Part shown: positions 11,199 through 23,064 of the stretch, piece after piece
How the letters are laid out: every line of letters begins with the position of its first letter
How positions within the stretch are numbered: position 1 is the first letter of the stretch
DNA from: Picochlorum sp. SENEW3
Lineage: Eukaryota
DNA length: 64,000 nucleotides
Direction of reading: 5' to 3'
Assembly (NCBI GenBank): GCA_034226945.1
Contig: CP120463.1
Location: 620,001-684,000, forward strand
Position numbers and translations under genes: made by a program
The notes under the pieces: model-generated
The model's database searches: none
What the model was told of the DNA's origin: nothing
What the model saw: only the letters and a program-made list of their open reading frames with translations

Positions 11199-11654
11199 AT
11201 GGAGTGTTGTGGGGACCATTCGGCGCAGGCATGTACCTCTGTGCAGCAACGTTTGGAAGAGGTGGAGTTTGAACGGTCTGCCAGCCATGCTGCTTCGGTG
11301 GGAGACGTCGACAGACTGCGGCGTATTCTGGAGAAGCATCCAAATCAATTGGATGGTGGAGACACGGGGTATTCTCCATTGGTGTATGCATCGAGGGCTG
11401 GGCATCTGTCTTGTGTGGAGTATTTGATTTCACAGGGAGCTGATGTGAATTTTTGCACCCGTGCCATGGGGTCGACAGCTCTCCACCGAGCTGCTGTTCA
11501 GGGGCATGCTGAGGTTGTCCGGAAATTGATACAGGCTGGGTGTGATATGGGTATACGAGATTGTGATGGAAAGACGGCGTATGACAAGGCACGAGGTGCT
11601 GGCCATGAAGATGTGTGCAGACTCCTTGTGTCACATGGGTACAGCACCTCTTGA
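11199..11654 (+). CDS. Small ankyrin-repeat protein (ANKRD39-like)
   Basis: GYSPLVYASRAGH, GSTALHRAAVQGH and DGKTA repeats; N-terminal SVQQRLEEVEFERS resembles ANKRD39. Confidence 0.85.
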   Translation: MECCGDHSAQACTSVQQRLEEVEFERSASHAASVGDVDRLRRILEKHPNQLDGGDTGYSPLVYASRAGHLSCVEYLISQGADVNFCTRAMGSTALHRAAVQGHAEVVRKLIQAGCDMGIRDCDGKTAYDKARGAGHEDVCRLLVSHGYSTS

Positions 11655-11711
11655 TGAATGATTCTTACGATCTGACGACGTCGGCACATGAGGATTCAAC
11701 TGCTTCTATTA

Positions 11712-13778
11712 TTACACTATATGTGCATCGATAGATGCCTGAAGGAGATTTTCTGCGTCTATGAGCGTGGTATCTAAAGGAATGCCTCCCTGTAGGGCAA
11801 TACAGTACTCCATGAGGCCATCAAAGTTCAAGCTTCTTTCAAGAATATCATCTCGATGGCGGATGAGAATGGCCAAGCACATGAATATATGGAGGTTATC
11901 CTGGGGTCTAGCGTACAAGCAATCCCACAGTTTTAATACCTGGTCAAATGGGAACTCTCTCTTGAATAGCACAAGGAGCCAGCGGAAACAGAAGAACATG
12001 TTGGATGCATGCTGCTGACAAAGAAAATCGTACAGAGGTGGGTCCAGTTGTTTCAATAGTTTCTGTAGTGTCTCTAATTGGGTTTGCATGCTGCTCCCAT
12101 CGATGCTAAAGTTGCCTCCAATCTTCTCCATTAGGGCTGCAAATGCCCAAAAGGCTTCTGATTCCACCTCGTCTGTCAGGTGGTTGGTACCATCCCCACC
12201 GCTATTCAGAGCTACATGAATAAAGGGTGTGACCATATCACTCATACCTTGGCAGTATCCCAAGTCCCAGTTCCACATGACATGTGACAGGAGAATATTC
12301 CGCAGCACTTGTATGCCATCTCCATGTTCTGATGCAAAGAGGGGATGTGAGCGATCTGTTCGTGTGATATCCTTCTCTACTTGGCGACATCGATCCCTCC
12401 ATTTACGGAATCTCGATATTTGTTCTGGAGACATCAGTTTCCACTGAAGCTTGAGCATTTTATATCGTTTGAGTCGGTGCTGTATAGCATCTTGACGCTC
12501 CTGCTGTGTTGAATTAATGCTGTCGATGCAGAGAAAGTACCTCCATACCTGGAGCCTGACAGATGGGTCTGCACCTCCATAGAATACTCTGTATCGCATG
12601 GTCTTTTCACCGGATGGAGTCAGAGTTCCATGGGTGTCCAAACAACATCGGAGTTCATCTTCACTAAATGGTGCATGGGACTGTCTGCGGCTGGGCGACG
12701 ATGCGTGTTTGATGTGTCTCTTCTCAACCACTTCCCAAGACAATGATGGGGATATACTCCATTCTGCACTCGCAGGGACATTACCATCATCGTCATCATC
12801 ATCACCATCATGGTTGTTGCTCTTCTCCTTTGTTGTTCCTGACACATTGTTGGCATGCGCTGCACTGCCATCATGGTCGTCAGGCAATAATAAAGAGTTC
12901 ATATCCTGCGAAAACGAACCAGAGAGGAAACTCGACACTGACTTTTTTGCCTCCATGGAGAACTTTTGCAGTGCATCCACAATATCAGTCATGTGATCCT
13001 TCACTCGAGCTGCAGTTATGGGAGGAGTTGCTTCGCTCTCATCCGATTCATGGGATTGATTGCTTTGCATTCTTGATTGGATCATTTCCAGGTGAGCATT
13101 TCTCCATAAAGCATCATGTGGCGCATCTGCGTGAATGCTCATAATTCCCAAGGTATATGGATCTCCCATGTGATGGACAAGAAGAGTCCATGGGTCATCC
13201 TGTGATGCCACGAGATTCACAACAGTACACAGTGCTTTCAAAAAGGCTTTCACACCCCCTTGTTTGAAGAACAAGGTTGGTACTGTTTCCCCACTGTGCA
13301 GCACAATGGTTACACTGTGAGTACGAAATGGGGGCGTCCATGCCCGAATAGCCTTCATGTCTGCCACAGAAATTGGATGTATGGCATATGTTTCCTTCTT
13401 TAACACATTGTTATGCAGAGCATCATGATGACCCGTGGAGTCTTTTCCCCCACGACCTTGCACTCTATGCTGCTGCACTGTTGCACTAGGAGTAATAGTA
13501 GGCTGGATGGAGTCGGGAAACCATGCTACAAAGGTTCTCGAGCAGTCATGTAGCGTATTATTATCATCATGTTCTTCTTCAAACTTTACAATGGACACTT
13601 TACCCATGATGGAGGTGCTAGCCGAGGGAACAACAGCAACTGAACCCTTGATATACAATAGGTGGGTTTGGGTCGAACGGGGGGACGTCTCCGCACTCGC
13701 ATTGTCAACAAGACACAGTTCCTCACGATCCAACTCATCTATAAGATATTGCGCTTCCTCCTCAAGCTCACTCCGCAT
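11712..13778 (-). CDS. Rab GTPase-activating protein, TBC1D15/Gyp7 family
   Basis: VFYGG, EKDITRTDR, GYCQGMSD, FCFRWLLVLFKREF TBC motifs; N-terminal PTLFFKQGG. Confidence 0.92.
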   Translation of the reverse strand: MRSELEEEAQYLIDELDREELCLVDNASAETSPRSTQTHLLYIKGSVAVVPSASTSIMGKVSIVKFEEEHDDNNTLHDCSRTFVAWFPDSIQPTITPSATVQQHRVQGRGGKDSTGHHDALHNNVLKKETYAIHPISVADMKAIRAWTPPFRTHSVTIVLHSGETVPTLFFKQGGVKAFLKALCTVVNLVASQDDPWTLLVHHMGDPYTLGIMSIHADAPHDALWRNAHLEMIQSRMQSNQSHESDESEATPPITAARVKDHMTDIVDALQKFSMEAKKSVSSFLSGSFSQDMNSLLLPDDHDGSAAHANNVSGTTKEKSNNHDGDDDDDDGNVPASAEWSISPSLSWEVVEKRHIKHASSPSRRQSHAPFSEDELRCCLDTHGTLTPSGEKTMRYRVFYGGADPSVRLQVWRYFLCIDSINSTQQERQDAIQHRLKRYKMLKLQWKLMSPEQISRFRKWRDRCRQVEKDITRTDRSHPLFASEHGDGIQVLRNILLSHVMWNWDLGYCQGMSDMVTPFIHVALNSGGDGTNHLTDEVESEAFWAFAALMEKIGGNFSIDGSSMQTQLETLQKLLKQLDPPLYDFLCQQHASNMFFCFRWLLVLFKREFPFDQVLKLWDCLYARPQDNLHIFMCLAILIRHRDDILERSLNFDGLMEYCIALQGGIPLDTTLIDAENLLQASIDAHIV

Positions 13779-14158
13779 ACTGGCTCCGAATATTGTTGGG
13801 TTGCTACCACTTTTCTCTCTGTTGTACGTTCTCGAACGGAGCCTCCATTCATACGCGATATGCTCGCATACGCAACAATAGTATCTTTAGATAATTAAAT
13901 GCAACCTAGGATTGCCATCTACGGTGTACCGCTGGTTGCTGTCGAATGCAAACTTTGCAGGGCGCCTTGGACCCATGGATCTGCCTAGATTCAAGGTCCG
14001 TTGGGACCACAACTGCACGTGACTGGCTCAAAGGTTCATACGCAGCATTAATTATATTATTTAATGGATATTAATGATTTCATAACAATGCCGTCTGCTG
14101 TATTGTGCTCCTACTAGAAAATTCTGCGGAGGTTGGCAAACAATGTTTTGAAACCACC

Positions 14159-14904
14159 ATGGGTGTCCGGGACCCTTTTCGTGTTCTTGGTATCGATCCA
14201 AGTGCATCAAAAGAAGACATAAAGAAGGCGTACCGTCGAAAGGTACTGGAGTGTCACCCAGATCGTCACCATGGGTCACCAGACTCTGTGAGGCAGAATG
14301 CAGAGAAGCAGTTTACTGTATGTGTGCTTTTGTTTCCCATTGTGCTGGGTTTTTTTTCTCAACTCTTTCTTCTTCGGATACGACGTATTTATATAGAAGT
14401 TTGCTCATATCATGTATGTGGTTGTGTATGACGCAGGCTGTTTCAGAGGCATATGAACAGTTGATTAATCAGCGCACTCGTTCAGCATCTGGTCAGAGCA
14501 CGTCATCGTCTTCTTCTTCAGCATATAGATATTCATACACTCGACATGGATACCAACATACCCAGTACTATCGTGATCGTGGGAAGACACGGTCTTCGTC
14601 GATTGGATCAAAGTTTATCAGTTTTGTGTACATGCTCAAGAGTACAGGCAGTTTAGCAGCCACAGCTCTGGTTGGGGGTGTTTTCATAGGTGGCTTGCTT
14701 GCCTTTGACCCACTAATTAGTACTCTGTGGGTGGAAAGAAATAAAGGCAAATCATTTGAGGATATGATTGCTGAAGTGGAGAGAGCAAAAGCTATCAACA
14801 AGAGGATGCAGCACATTATTGCCAATCATATGGATCATCGTAGTATGGTTTTAAAGAGGCTGATGCACCAGTGCATGGCTACTCTGGACTCATCGGAAAC
14901 TTAA
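14159..14904 (+). CDS. DnaJ-domain protein with C-terminal TM segment (intron ~14318-14436)
   Basis: DPFRVLG...IKKAYRRKVLECHPDRH J-domain, spliced to AVSEAYEQL; hydrophobic segment followed by WVERNKGKSFE. Confidence 0.85.
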
Positions 14905-14979
14905 GTATTCATCGGGAACAGTATGATACTGGCAGAGAAAAAATAGGAATAAATGAATGAATTGATTTTTCATCTGATG

Positions 14980-16728
14980 TTATGAACATCCATAGACACA
15001 TTGTCCCTGTACAAATGTCTTCTCAACAGCCTGGCGGCGTGCTATAGCATCTTTTAATCGCTCAGATGATACGTGCGAGTCATTCGGTATATCAAGAGTC
15101 GCATATACTGCTTTCTGGACATCTGCAGTTGAAGCATGGATCACAAAATCGGCAAACATTCCATCCTGTATGGCCCCAAAACGCGCATTTGGGTCTCCTA
15201 ATAGCGCTGCTCCTCGAGTAATACACCAGAATGCCTCTGAAAATGACAGAGCGTACGGATTCTTCGAATCAATCGCAGCTTCCAGTGTCTCCATAGGGTC
15301 CATGTCAACAACTGGCCAGTCTGATGCTAGACCTACATTGACACCATATCTCACAAACTCTTTCAGCGGATATGAATATTTGGAGTCTTTCTCATGCAGC
15401 CTCGTTGGAATTATATCGCGATCACCCACCCAATGCAGTGGGTTTGGAGTGACACCAATCCCCAGCTTTGCCAACTTTTTAATTGATTCTATCCCAGATA
15501 CGTGTTGAGCATGTTCAATTCTCAAACCATTCCCTCCAAACTTTTCATATGCATCAATGACTTCATCGACAGCACGACTGCCTATTGCATGAGTCGCAAC
15601 AGCGACCCCAGCACTCTTCGCCATGGATACCAGAGCAACAAAGTCTGACACATTGACCGCTCGAACCCCACGACTGCCATCGTCTTTATATGGTTCATAC
15701 ATGAGTGCTGTTCGACTGCTCAACGACCCATCATAAAATCCTTTCACACTCCCGAAAGACAATCGATCCTCCCGTCTCCCCAAGACATTCACCATGTCCA
15801 GTATTGCAGGCAATGCATTGAGGGATACGAATGCATTCATACGAATCTTCAATTCGCCAGCCTTCACAACCTCTCTATAAATATTTTGAACATCTTCAAA
15901 TGCCGCATACTCCCCGTCAACGAACCCTACTCGCCCCATATCATGTACATGTGTCACCCCCTTGCTAAATGCATACTGCTGAGCCCTTTCAAAGGCACGC
16001 ATCAGCTCCGCTTCCGTCACCTTGGGTATCACGCGAGTCACCAAAGTCATGGCAGCATCACACAGGACGCCAGTCGGGCGACCATTCTCATCCCTCACAA
16101 TCTCTCCTCCAGACGGCTCTGGAGTCGAAGCATCAATGGACGCCAGCCTCAATGCAACACTATTCACCAGCATTTGATGAGAATCAAACCTGTAAATCAC
16201 CACAGGAGTATCTGGACTGACCCCATCAATCCAACGAGCATGGCCGAATTCGCCATGATACATATATCCAACCACCCATCCTCCTCGCTCCTTGGCCTGC
16301 ACTGCCTTCTCAACTTCATGGGCAAGACCATCCCTGTCCCGCACATGGCCCACATTCAATGACTCTAGAAACAATCCACCTGATAAAAAGTGCACATGGG
16401 GATCCACAAGCCCAGGAGTCACCAATGCTCCGCCTAAATCGATATCCATCATCATGGATGCATCAGTCACATTCTCCAGGACAAAGACACCTTGCTGTTG
16501 GTCCACCACAAACTCCTCCACCACTGGATCATCGGGATTCCCAGTCAATACAATTCCATTCTTGTAACGGACGAATCTGTGGTGCTGATTCCCAGATGGC
16601 TGGGATAAATACGGACACGTTTGTACCCAAGCTGAAGAGAGGAGGAGTTCCTCAAGAGAACCCCAGAAAATGGCACAGAGGCCAGTAATAACGGAGAGAG
16701 CTAGTAGAATTTGTTCAGTCCTATTCAT
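14980..16728 (-). CDS. Amidohydrolase-3 / YtcJ-like metal-dependent hydrolase (plant LAF3-like)
   Basis: TPGLVDPHVH, KGFYDGSLSSRTA, THAIG, RIEHAQH, SDWPV; N-terminal hydrophobic anchor. Confidence 0.88.
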   Translation of the reverse strand: MNRTEQILLALSVITGLCAIFWGSLEELLLSSAWVQTCPYLSQPSGNQHHRFVRYKNGIVLTGNPDDPVVEEFVVDQQQGVFVLENVTDASMMMDIDLGGALVTPGLVDPHVHFLSGGLFLESLNVGHVRDRDGLAHEVEKAVQAKERGGWVVGYMYHGEFGHARWIDGVSPDTPVVIYRFDSHQMLVNSVALRLASIDASTPEPSGGEIVRDENGRPTGVLCDAAMTLVTRVIPKVTEAELMRAFERAQQYAFSKGVTHVHDMGRVGFVDGEYAAFEDVQNIYREVVKAGELKIRMNAFVSLNALPAILDMVNVLGRREDRLSFGSVKGFYDGSLSSRTALMYEPYKDDGSRGVRAVNVSDFVALVSMAKSAGVAVATHAIGSRAVDEVIDAYEKFGGNGLRIEHAQHVSGIESIKKLAKLGIGVTPNPLHWVGDRDIIPTRLHEKDSKYSYPLKEFVRYGVNVGLASDWPVVDMDPMETLEAAIDSKNPYALSFSEAFWCITRGAALLGDPNARFGAIQDGMFADFVIHASTADVQKAVYATLDIPNDSHVSSERLKDAIARRQAVEKTFVQGQCVYGCS

Positions 16729-16929
16729 TCATCAATTGAAACGGCACATTGAGTGAAAATACGGCAGTAATGATGGATGGGACTATAGTTGAGTGTAGGT
16801 TGCAGCGATTGCCGTACGTAAACGGTCATTTGTCCCCTTTGACCGATTCAACAAATATTGCTATATTTGCCCAAAAAACCTCAAGAGAAAGTCAAGTTTA
16901 GGAAAAAGAATTCTATTTCTGGGCACACC

Positions 16930-18261
16930 ATGGCGTCTCTGAGGCATATTGTGACACAGATTCGTCATGTAGAGCAGCAGAACAGCGCTCATCTGAGCTC
17001 TGGTCGAGAAGAAGATGTGACCGAGTTGGAAACGATGTTGTGCTCACGGGGCACTGAAGGGATCATTAAACAAGCAGATGTGGAGACTGTGTTATCATCT
17101 ATAGAGTCTTTGGATACGAGGAGTCATCAGGTTGGGATTTTGCACATCCTGGGAGCTCTTTCCAAAAGTTTAGTTTGTTCAGGTGGAGAAGACATTCTGG
17201 AGCAGTACTGCAGATTAACGTTTGATTTTCTTCTCTCTTGTTCGCCAGATGATTACATAGGGTATAGCAACATGTCAAAGAAGAAATTATGTCGTGTCTG
17301 TTGCACAGTTGGGCAGGTGGCAATGGAGTCTGGGAGGGCAAAGCAGGCAATTGTACCAGTGTCTACTGGGCTGCATTGTCTCGTACAAGGGAGGTTAGAA
17401 ATACTGACACCCGTACATGCGGAGCTACTGAAGCTGTGTCTTGTGTCGAAAATGTATTCCAAGGCGGTTTCGTTTCTGAAGTCTCATGCCATCCTAAGTG
17501 CACCAGAGTGTTACAAGACCAGATCGACACATGTATTGCTCTATTTTTACTACGGGGGCATGGTGTATACTGGATTGAAACAGTACAAGGAGGCTATGTT
17601 TATGTATCTTGGGGCCATGACAATGCCGGCGTTTCAAGTGAGTGAGATAGCTCTGGAAGCTGCGAAGAAATACATCCTGGTGTCCCTGATATTGTATGGA
17701 GATATTAAGCCAATACCTTCGTATGCGTCGACATTGTTGACGAAAGATGTGAAAATAGTGTGCGAGAATTATTATAGCCTTGGATCGCTGGTCGCGTCGG
17801 GAAAGGACGTCCAAGTGTTTGTGGCAGAGAGAGAGGATCTGTGGCGAAGGGATGGGAACTTTGGCTTGGTGCAGATACTTGTTGGACAGGAATGCCAGCG
17901 TAAACAGCGAATAGAGAACTTGGGTAAAATATATTCTTCGATTCCACGGGATCGGCTTGTATCTGAATTGGGATTAGGGCAATGGGAAGAGATGATGCGT
18001 GTCATCTTTTCCATGGAAGCATCAGAGAGGACACGCGTGAAATTGGATGAAAAAGATAACGTACTGCATCTGTCTGAAGCAGATGGGACTGATATATCTA
18101 TGAAAGACATGATGCAACTTATTCAGGAATGCCAGAATATGAAGGATGTGATTGATGAAGAGTCTCACCATATTGAGTGCTTACCAGAGTGCATTGTGTC
18201 GCAAGAGCCCAAGGGGTCTGCTCGTTCTCGAGAGATTGCAGTAGAAGATCCTTCTTCTTAA
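16930..18261 (+). CDS. CSN3: COP9 signalosome subunit 3
   Basis: LTPVHAELLKLCL, LLYFYYGGMVYTGLK, SEIALEAAKKYILVSLI, DGNFGLV PCI-region motifs. Confidence 0.88.
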   Translation: MASLRHIVTQIRHVEQQNSAHLSSGREEDVTELETMLCSRGTEGIIKQADVETVLSSIESLDTRSHQVGILHILGALSKSLVCSGGEDILEQYCRLTFDFLLSCSPDDYIGYSNMSKKKLCRVCCTVGQVAMESGRAKQAIVPVSTGLHCLVQGRLEILTPVHAELLKLCLVSKMYSKAVSFLKSHAILSAPECYKTRSTHVLLYFYYGGMVYTGLKQYKEAMFMYLGAMTMPAFQVSEIALEAAKKYILVSLILYGDIKPIPSYASTLLTKDVKIVCENYYSLGSLVASGKDVQVFVAEREDLWRRDGNFGLVQILVGQECQRKQRIENLGKIYSSIPRDRLVSELGLGQWEEMMRVIFSMEASERTRVKLDEKDNVLHLSEADGTDISMKDMMQLIQECQNMKDVIDEESHHIECLPECIVSQEPKGSARSREIAVEDPSS

Positions 18262-18275
18262 TTTAATTTTCAATA

Positions 18276-20394
18276 TTACATATACAATACATGTGTGATT
18301 ATATCTTGCCACTGAAGGGCTGATTTGTTCCAGGACATGTCATAATCCATGCACGTTGCTTGCTCCTGAATGTATAGATCAGTTTTATAGTCTTCTACAG
18401 CAGTGTTGACTGTTTCAATCATAGCATCTACGCTTTCTCCTACAGTGTCAAACTTCGGCATCAGCCTCCCTATACCACTGCGTCCGAGATCGTATAGTCC
18501 TCCTGTGGCTGTCACGATTGGCACGGCTCCGTAGTGGGCAGCACACTGAGCAATCAGACCGCATGGTTCGAATTTCGAAGGGACGATCACATAGTCCGCT
18601 GCTGCAAGAAGGCAATGGGCTATTTCTTCCGAAAATTCACAAATTCCCGCTGCATGTCCAGGAAAAGAATGCTCCAGGCTTTCCACTGCTCGCTCCATCC
18701 AGGGATCACCAGTTCCTAGGACAGCCAATTGCAGCTTTGACTGCTGTGATTCTGTCCTGCACTCTTCCACGGATTTTGTCGGTCTCGGTGCCTCTTTTTG
18801 AGGTAGTATCTTCGTAAAGGATCTGAGGAGAACATCAACTCCTTTCTGCTCTGTGAGCCTCCCAATAAACACAAACAGGACAGCCTTGTCATCCACATTC
18901 AGTCCAAATTTTTGTTGAATCGCCTTTTTCATATACGATTTACCTTTTGAAACGGTAGTCGATCCAAATCGACCATCTACCGGTAAATACTTGTCATGCA
19001 ATGAGTCCCATTCCACAGTGTCAATGCCATTCATAATGCCACAGACACCCCGGCGATGCAAAATATCCCCCATACCACAATTGAGTGACGTATCATCTGA
19101 CATAATCTCCTTTGCGTATTGTGGGCTGACAGTAACGATTTGATCACAACAAAGCAATGCTCCTTTCATGAAATTCACAGTTTTGTCATCGAGTCGAACA
19201 TCATTCAAGTCTTTTGTAATACCTAGAGTATCTGATTCATTTCCTTCTTCGTCTGGTGTTGGTCCGAGAATATCCTCCAAGCGTGTTTTTGTATACAATG
19301 GCGCCACAGAATCTGGTGGCAGCAATATATTGGACAACGTATCTTCAGAAAAGACCCCTTGATACGCTACATTGTGAATACAAAACAATGTCTTCACCCT
19401 TCCAAGTGACCCCAAAATTCTCTTCTCTATATCACTTAGTGATTCTTTCACATCATTACTAATCAATCCTTGCATGATATGTTTCAATCGAAGGACATGC
19501 AGCGCGGATGGCCAATCATTCAAAACAAAGACAACATTCCTTGCAGTGCTGCCTTCACAACACGATGCAATAGGTTCCCCCTCCGCAGCATCTGCGATTC
19601 GTTCAGTATTCTCCTCATAATTCGGTAGTAATATACCAGACACTAGAGCCCCCCATGCCAAAATATCATATCGAATGTCCATATTACGACAATCATAGAC
19701 CCCACCATCAGCCTCAACATACGTCAAGGACGGATGCCCTTTCGACGCATCATGCCTCCTCATTCCGAGCATCGGATGCTTTACAAACACTCTATGTACA
19801 CCAGCATCATCACGCGTCTCAAACAGAGACGCGTGCCTGCAGATACCCTCCAAAGGATACTCTGGGAGAGGCACATCCAACTGACAGTCTCTCACATCAT
19901 CATACTGTTCATACATTGGAGCGACACTCATCACTCGACACGTCTCGATTGAATAATTATAATCTCCCTTCCATTCTGATTGTATACGAGCAAGGGCTTT
20001 TGGTAGCGCTGAGATGACATCAGCTAAACCTCCCACTTTTGACCTACACATGAATCACATATACACGCATCCTCCGAACACATTGATCAATCACATGACA
20101 TGACATGACATACCATGGAGACACTTCCGTGGAAAGAAATACCACACGCAACTCATCCACTCTCGTCTCTGCCATTTTCTCTTCACCCCCCATCAGACCA
20201 CCCTTGCCATCCTTGGATTCTTCCATCAAATCTATCCTCTTCTTCCCGTTCACCCTACTCAATGCCTTCTGATACCTAGTCAGAAAAGACGATATCAATA
20301 CCTTGCGTGAATGACACACGCAATTCGATGCACGCTTCTTTGCCGTGCACAAGAATATCCTCTGGTCTTGCCCCAAACCCAAAGACACTCGCAT
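18276..20394 (-). CDS. Starch synthase, GT5 (GBSS-like, divergent; intron ~20046-20112; start uncertain)
   Basis: VVFLSTEVSPW|SKVGGLADV, FCIHNVAYQG, GIMNGID, FIGRLTEQKG, PSKFEPCGL. Confidence 0.85.
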
Positions 20395-21014
20395 CTATCC
20401 TGAGAACGATGCCCCATACAATGGCATCATGTCTCGACCAAAATGATCAAATGCTCAAAAATAAGTAAGAAAGGAATCCAACCCACACCCCGCCTGCTCA
20501 AGCTTTCGTCGTGTCAGACTGACATGTCACTCCAGCAAAAGACGTAACTTTTGATGAGCTGCTCCTTCCAATCAATGCCCTGTAAAGTACAAATACTATA
20601 GCCTATTTATCGCAATGTACCGCCTGGATATGGAAAACATCCACTGTCTGATGCCAGAGTGGCAGCAAGTACATCTTACATGCCATTGTCCGATCAAATT
20701 CTTGTTTCACCGATCAATTGCAATATTGCAATTAATTGGTCGACGGGGCTCCGGCCCGTAAGCTAATGGCAAGGCTATCTAATCCCACCGCACGCCGCAT
20801 GCCAGTGTCTCCCTAGAGCGATTGATTTCTAGCACATTGTACATACCAATAACAGTACTTTTCATCCAACCATCGCGAATTTGATTGCATCGTATCGAAG
20901 ACCTCATATCGAGTACGTAGAGTTTTGGGGGCCACCACAGCTGCGGCACCAAGGAACCAATTCATTCGTCCAACGTACGATTTTTTACCACGCATACTTT
21001 ATATCTGAGAGATA

Positions 21015-22844
21015 ATGAGTGCTACGGAGGTTCAACAACATCAGAATGCCAGTGAGGGAGAGTCTGCTGGAAAGCACCAGCATGTCGCACCACAAAAGCC
21101 TGCTGTGGCGCAGCCGAAAAGAAACTCTCCTCGGTACCAGCCACTGCCTACGATAATGAAGAAAATATCAGATACTCCTGATGTTGGATGGAAATTGGAG
21201 GTGGCTCAGAAGCATGTCAAGAATGTGGTCGCAACCAAGGACTATGAGGCCGGGGAGCTGGTCAGTGTTGAACGGCCATTTTTGTGCGTGCCAATGGCCA
21301 AGTACGCCGGATTATTCTGCCACAAGTGTCTTCATAGATTGAAGTGGGACAAGGCATCGACGAAGGATGCTGGGACTGGACTGAATCCTTGCCTTCCAAG
21401 GTATTGTGATGGGTGCAAGGAGAAGGGACGTGTGGACCAGGAGTTGGACGCAAAGCTTGCTGCGTTGCGGATCAAGCTTCCTGATATTGCTAAAGAGCAT
21501 TCCTTAGATCCAACGATGCTCCATATTGTGACGTTGCTTGATTTACAGAGGGCAGGTGTTGTGAAACGAGAGGAGATTTTCATTGATTCCAAGGATTCTG
21601 ATGTCCAGAAGAAGACATTCCAGTGCTCTGTGGAAGATTTCGATCATTTGACCAATGTATGGGATCGTAAACCAGAGTCTTGGAGGAAGATGGTGGGTCC
21701 AGCTGTGCGTGCTCTTCATAAAGAGCTGACTGCTCTGGCATCATCTGGAGCCATCCCAGGGTATACCAAGGCAAGCAGTCTTGTCAGGATGCAAGCTGAT
21801 GCTGCACAGATTTCAATGCATGTTCAGACAATCTCTGCACCAGATTTACAGAGTGGGGATACGGCTGTGGGCATGTTTCCGGGGTTGAGTCAGTTCCAGC
21901 ATGCGTGTGCTCCAAATGCCTTCTTTTTGGCGCGAGGAAACGAGTTGTTTGTCCGTGCCATTATTCCGATCCGCAAGGGAGAAGAAATTCTGGTTTCATA
22001 CGTCAATATAGCGGAAACAAGAGCAAATAGGCAGGTACTGCTTGAATCAGAGCGTCATATTGCCTGCCATTGTGCTCGATGCGAGCATCCAAAGGAACAG
22101 TCGGTTGACCGTCTTATTGAGGGAGTTGTTTGCTTGGACTGCCGAGCTGATGTCCTTTTGCCTCTTGACATTGGACCTCAAAATGACGCTGCAACAGAGC
22201 TATACAAGCAGAGATTGCAGGAGGACAGGAAATATCATGTGAAGATGTTGACCAAAAAGTTGCGCCATGCAAAGGGAGAGGAGGCAAAGAAGAAGATTGA
22301 AGAAGATATCAAGGAGCTTGAAGGCGATGTTACGGTACCAGAGGGTGTTATTTTCTGGCGTTGTTGTTCATGTGAGAGCGTAGAACCCTCCCATACAGTA
22401 AATACAGATGGTCCAGGGGATATTATTAACAAGGCAAATCGTTTGCTCCAAGGAGCAGGGCTGTTGAGTTTGAAACAGAAGAATTACAGTGAAAGTGGGG
22501 AAAATATGCTAGAGACTCTGGCAGGTACCCTTGATGGAAGACTGCCACCATATCATATCAAGGTTATGGAATCACTTCCACCACTCATCAACTTCAACAT
22601 GAAGAAGGGTGATGCCATCAAGGTGCTGAACTATGCTATTCAGCTGTGGGATACGGAACGCCAGCTTGTTGAAGACAGACCAACGATGCAGCAGCTGCAA
22701 TGTTTGGAAGCTATTATTGATGCAGCAGAGCATAAGGCTTCGAACGCGTCATCGGATGTCATCAAGAAGCAGTTTGCAAAACGTGTGAAGCAAGCAGAGG
22801 AACAGCTCAAAGAAACAAAGAGGATCTTGTTGGGGAAAGCATAA
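21015..22844 (+). CDS. SET/MYND-like (SMYD family) lysine methyltransferase
   Basis: VVATKDYEAGELV, C..C zinc motifs, FQHACAPNA, IRKGEEILVSY, post-SET CHCARC. Confidence 0.82.
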   Translation: MSATEVQQHQNASEGESAGKHQHVAPQKPAVAQPKRNSPRYQPLPTIMKKISDTPDVGWKLEVAQKHVKNVVATKDYEAGELVSVERPFLCVPMAKYAGLFCHKCLHRLKWDKASTKDAGTGLNPCLPRYCDGCKEKGRVDQELDAKLAALRIKLPDIAKEHSLDPTMLHIVTLLDLQRAGVVKREEIFIDSKDSDVQKKTFQCSVEDFDHLTNVWDRKPESWRKMVGPAVRALHKELTALASSGAIPGYTKASSLVRMQADAAQISMHVQTISAPDLQSGDTAVGMFPGLSQFQHACAPNAFFLARGNELFVRAIIPIRKGEEILVSYVNIAETRANRQVLLESERHIACHCARCEHPKEQSVDRLIEGVVCLDCRADVLLPLDIGPQNDAATELYKQRLQEDRKYHVKMLTKKLRHAKGEEAKKKIEEDIKELEGDVTVPEGVIFWRCCSCESVEPSHTVNTDGPGDIINKANRLLQGAGLLSLKQKNYSESGENMLETLAGTLDGRLPPYHIKVMESLPPLINFNMKKGDAIKVLNYAIQLWDTERQLVEDRPTMQQLQCLEAIIDAAEHKASNASSDVIKKQFAKRVKQAEEQLKETKRILLGKA

Positions 22845-23064
22845 TGCGACTAGAAGAAGCGTGCACATAGCCACTTTTGGTACATTTTAGTTGAAACGAA
22901 AAGAAATTATAAGCAGAAAAACATACCAGTAGCCTACTATAATCACTTTTTCCATTTTTCCCAATCCCATATCTGTAAGACAGTATCGAATATGCACTTA
23001 CACAAAATACATGCAGTCCACGAGAAAAAAATAATGTATCAATGCATGAATATACATATATATA

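Noticed and set aside
20552..20651. Possible C/D snoRNA (TGATGA...CTGA with gaaaacatcc complementary to 18S GGAUGUUUUC)
   Set aside because: The antisense stretch is not correctly positioned relative to the D box and there is no terminal stem
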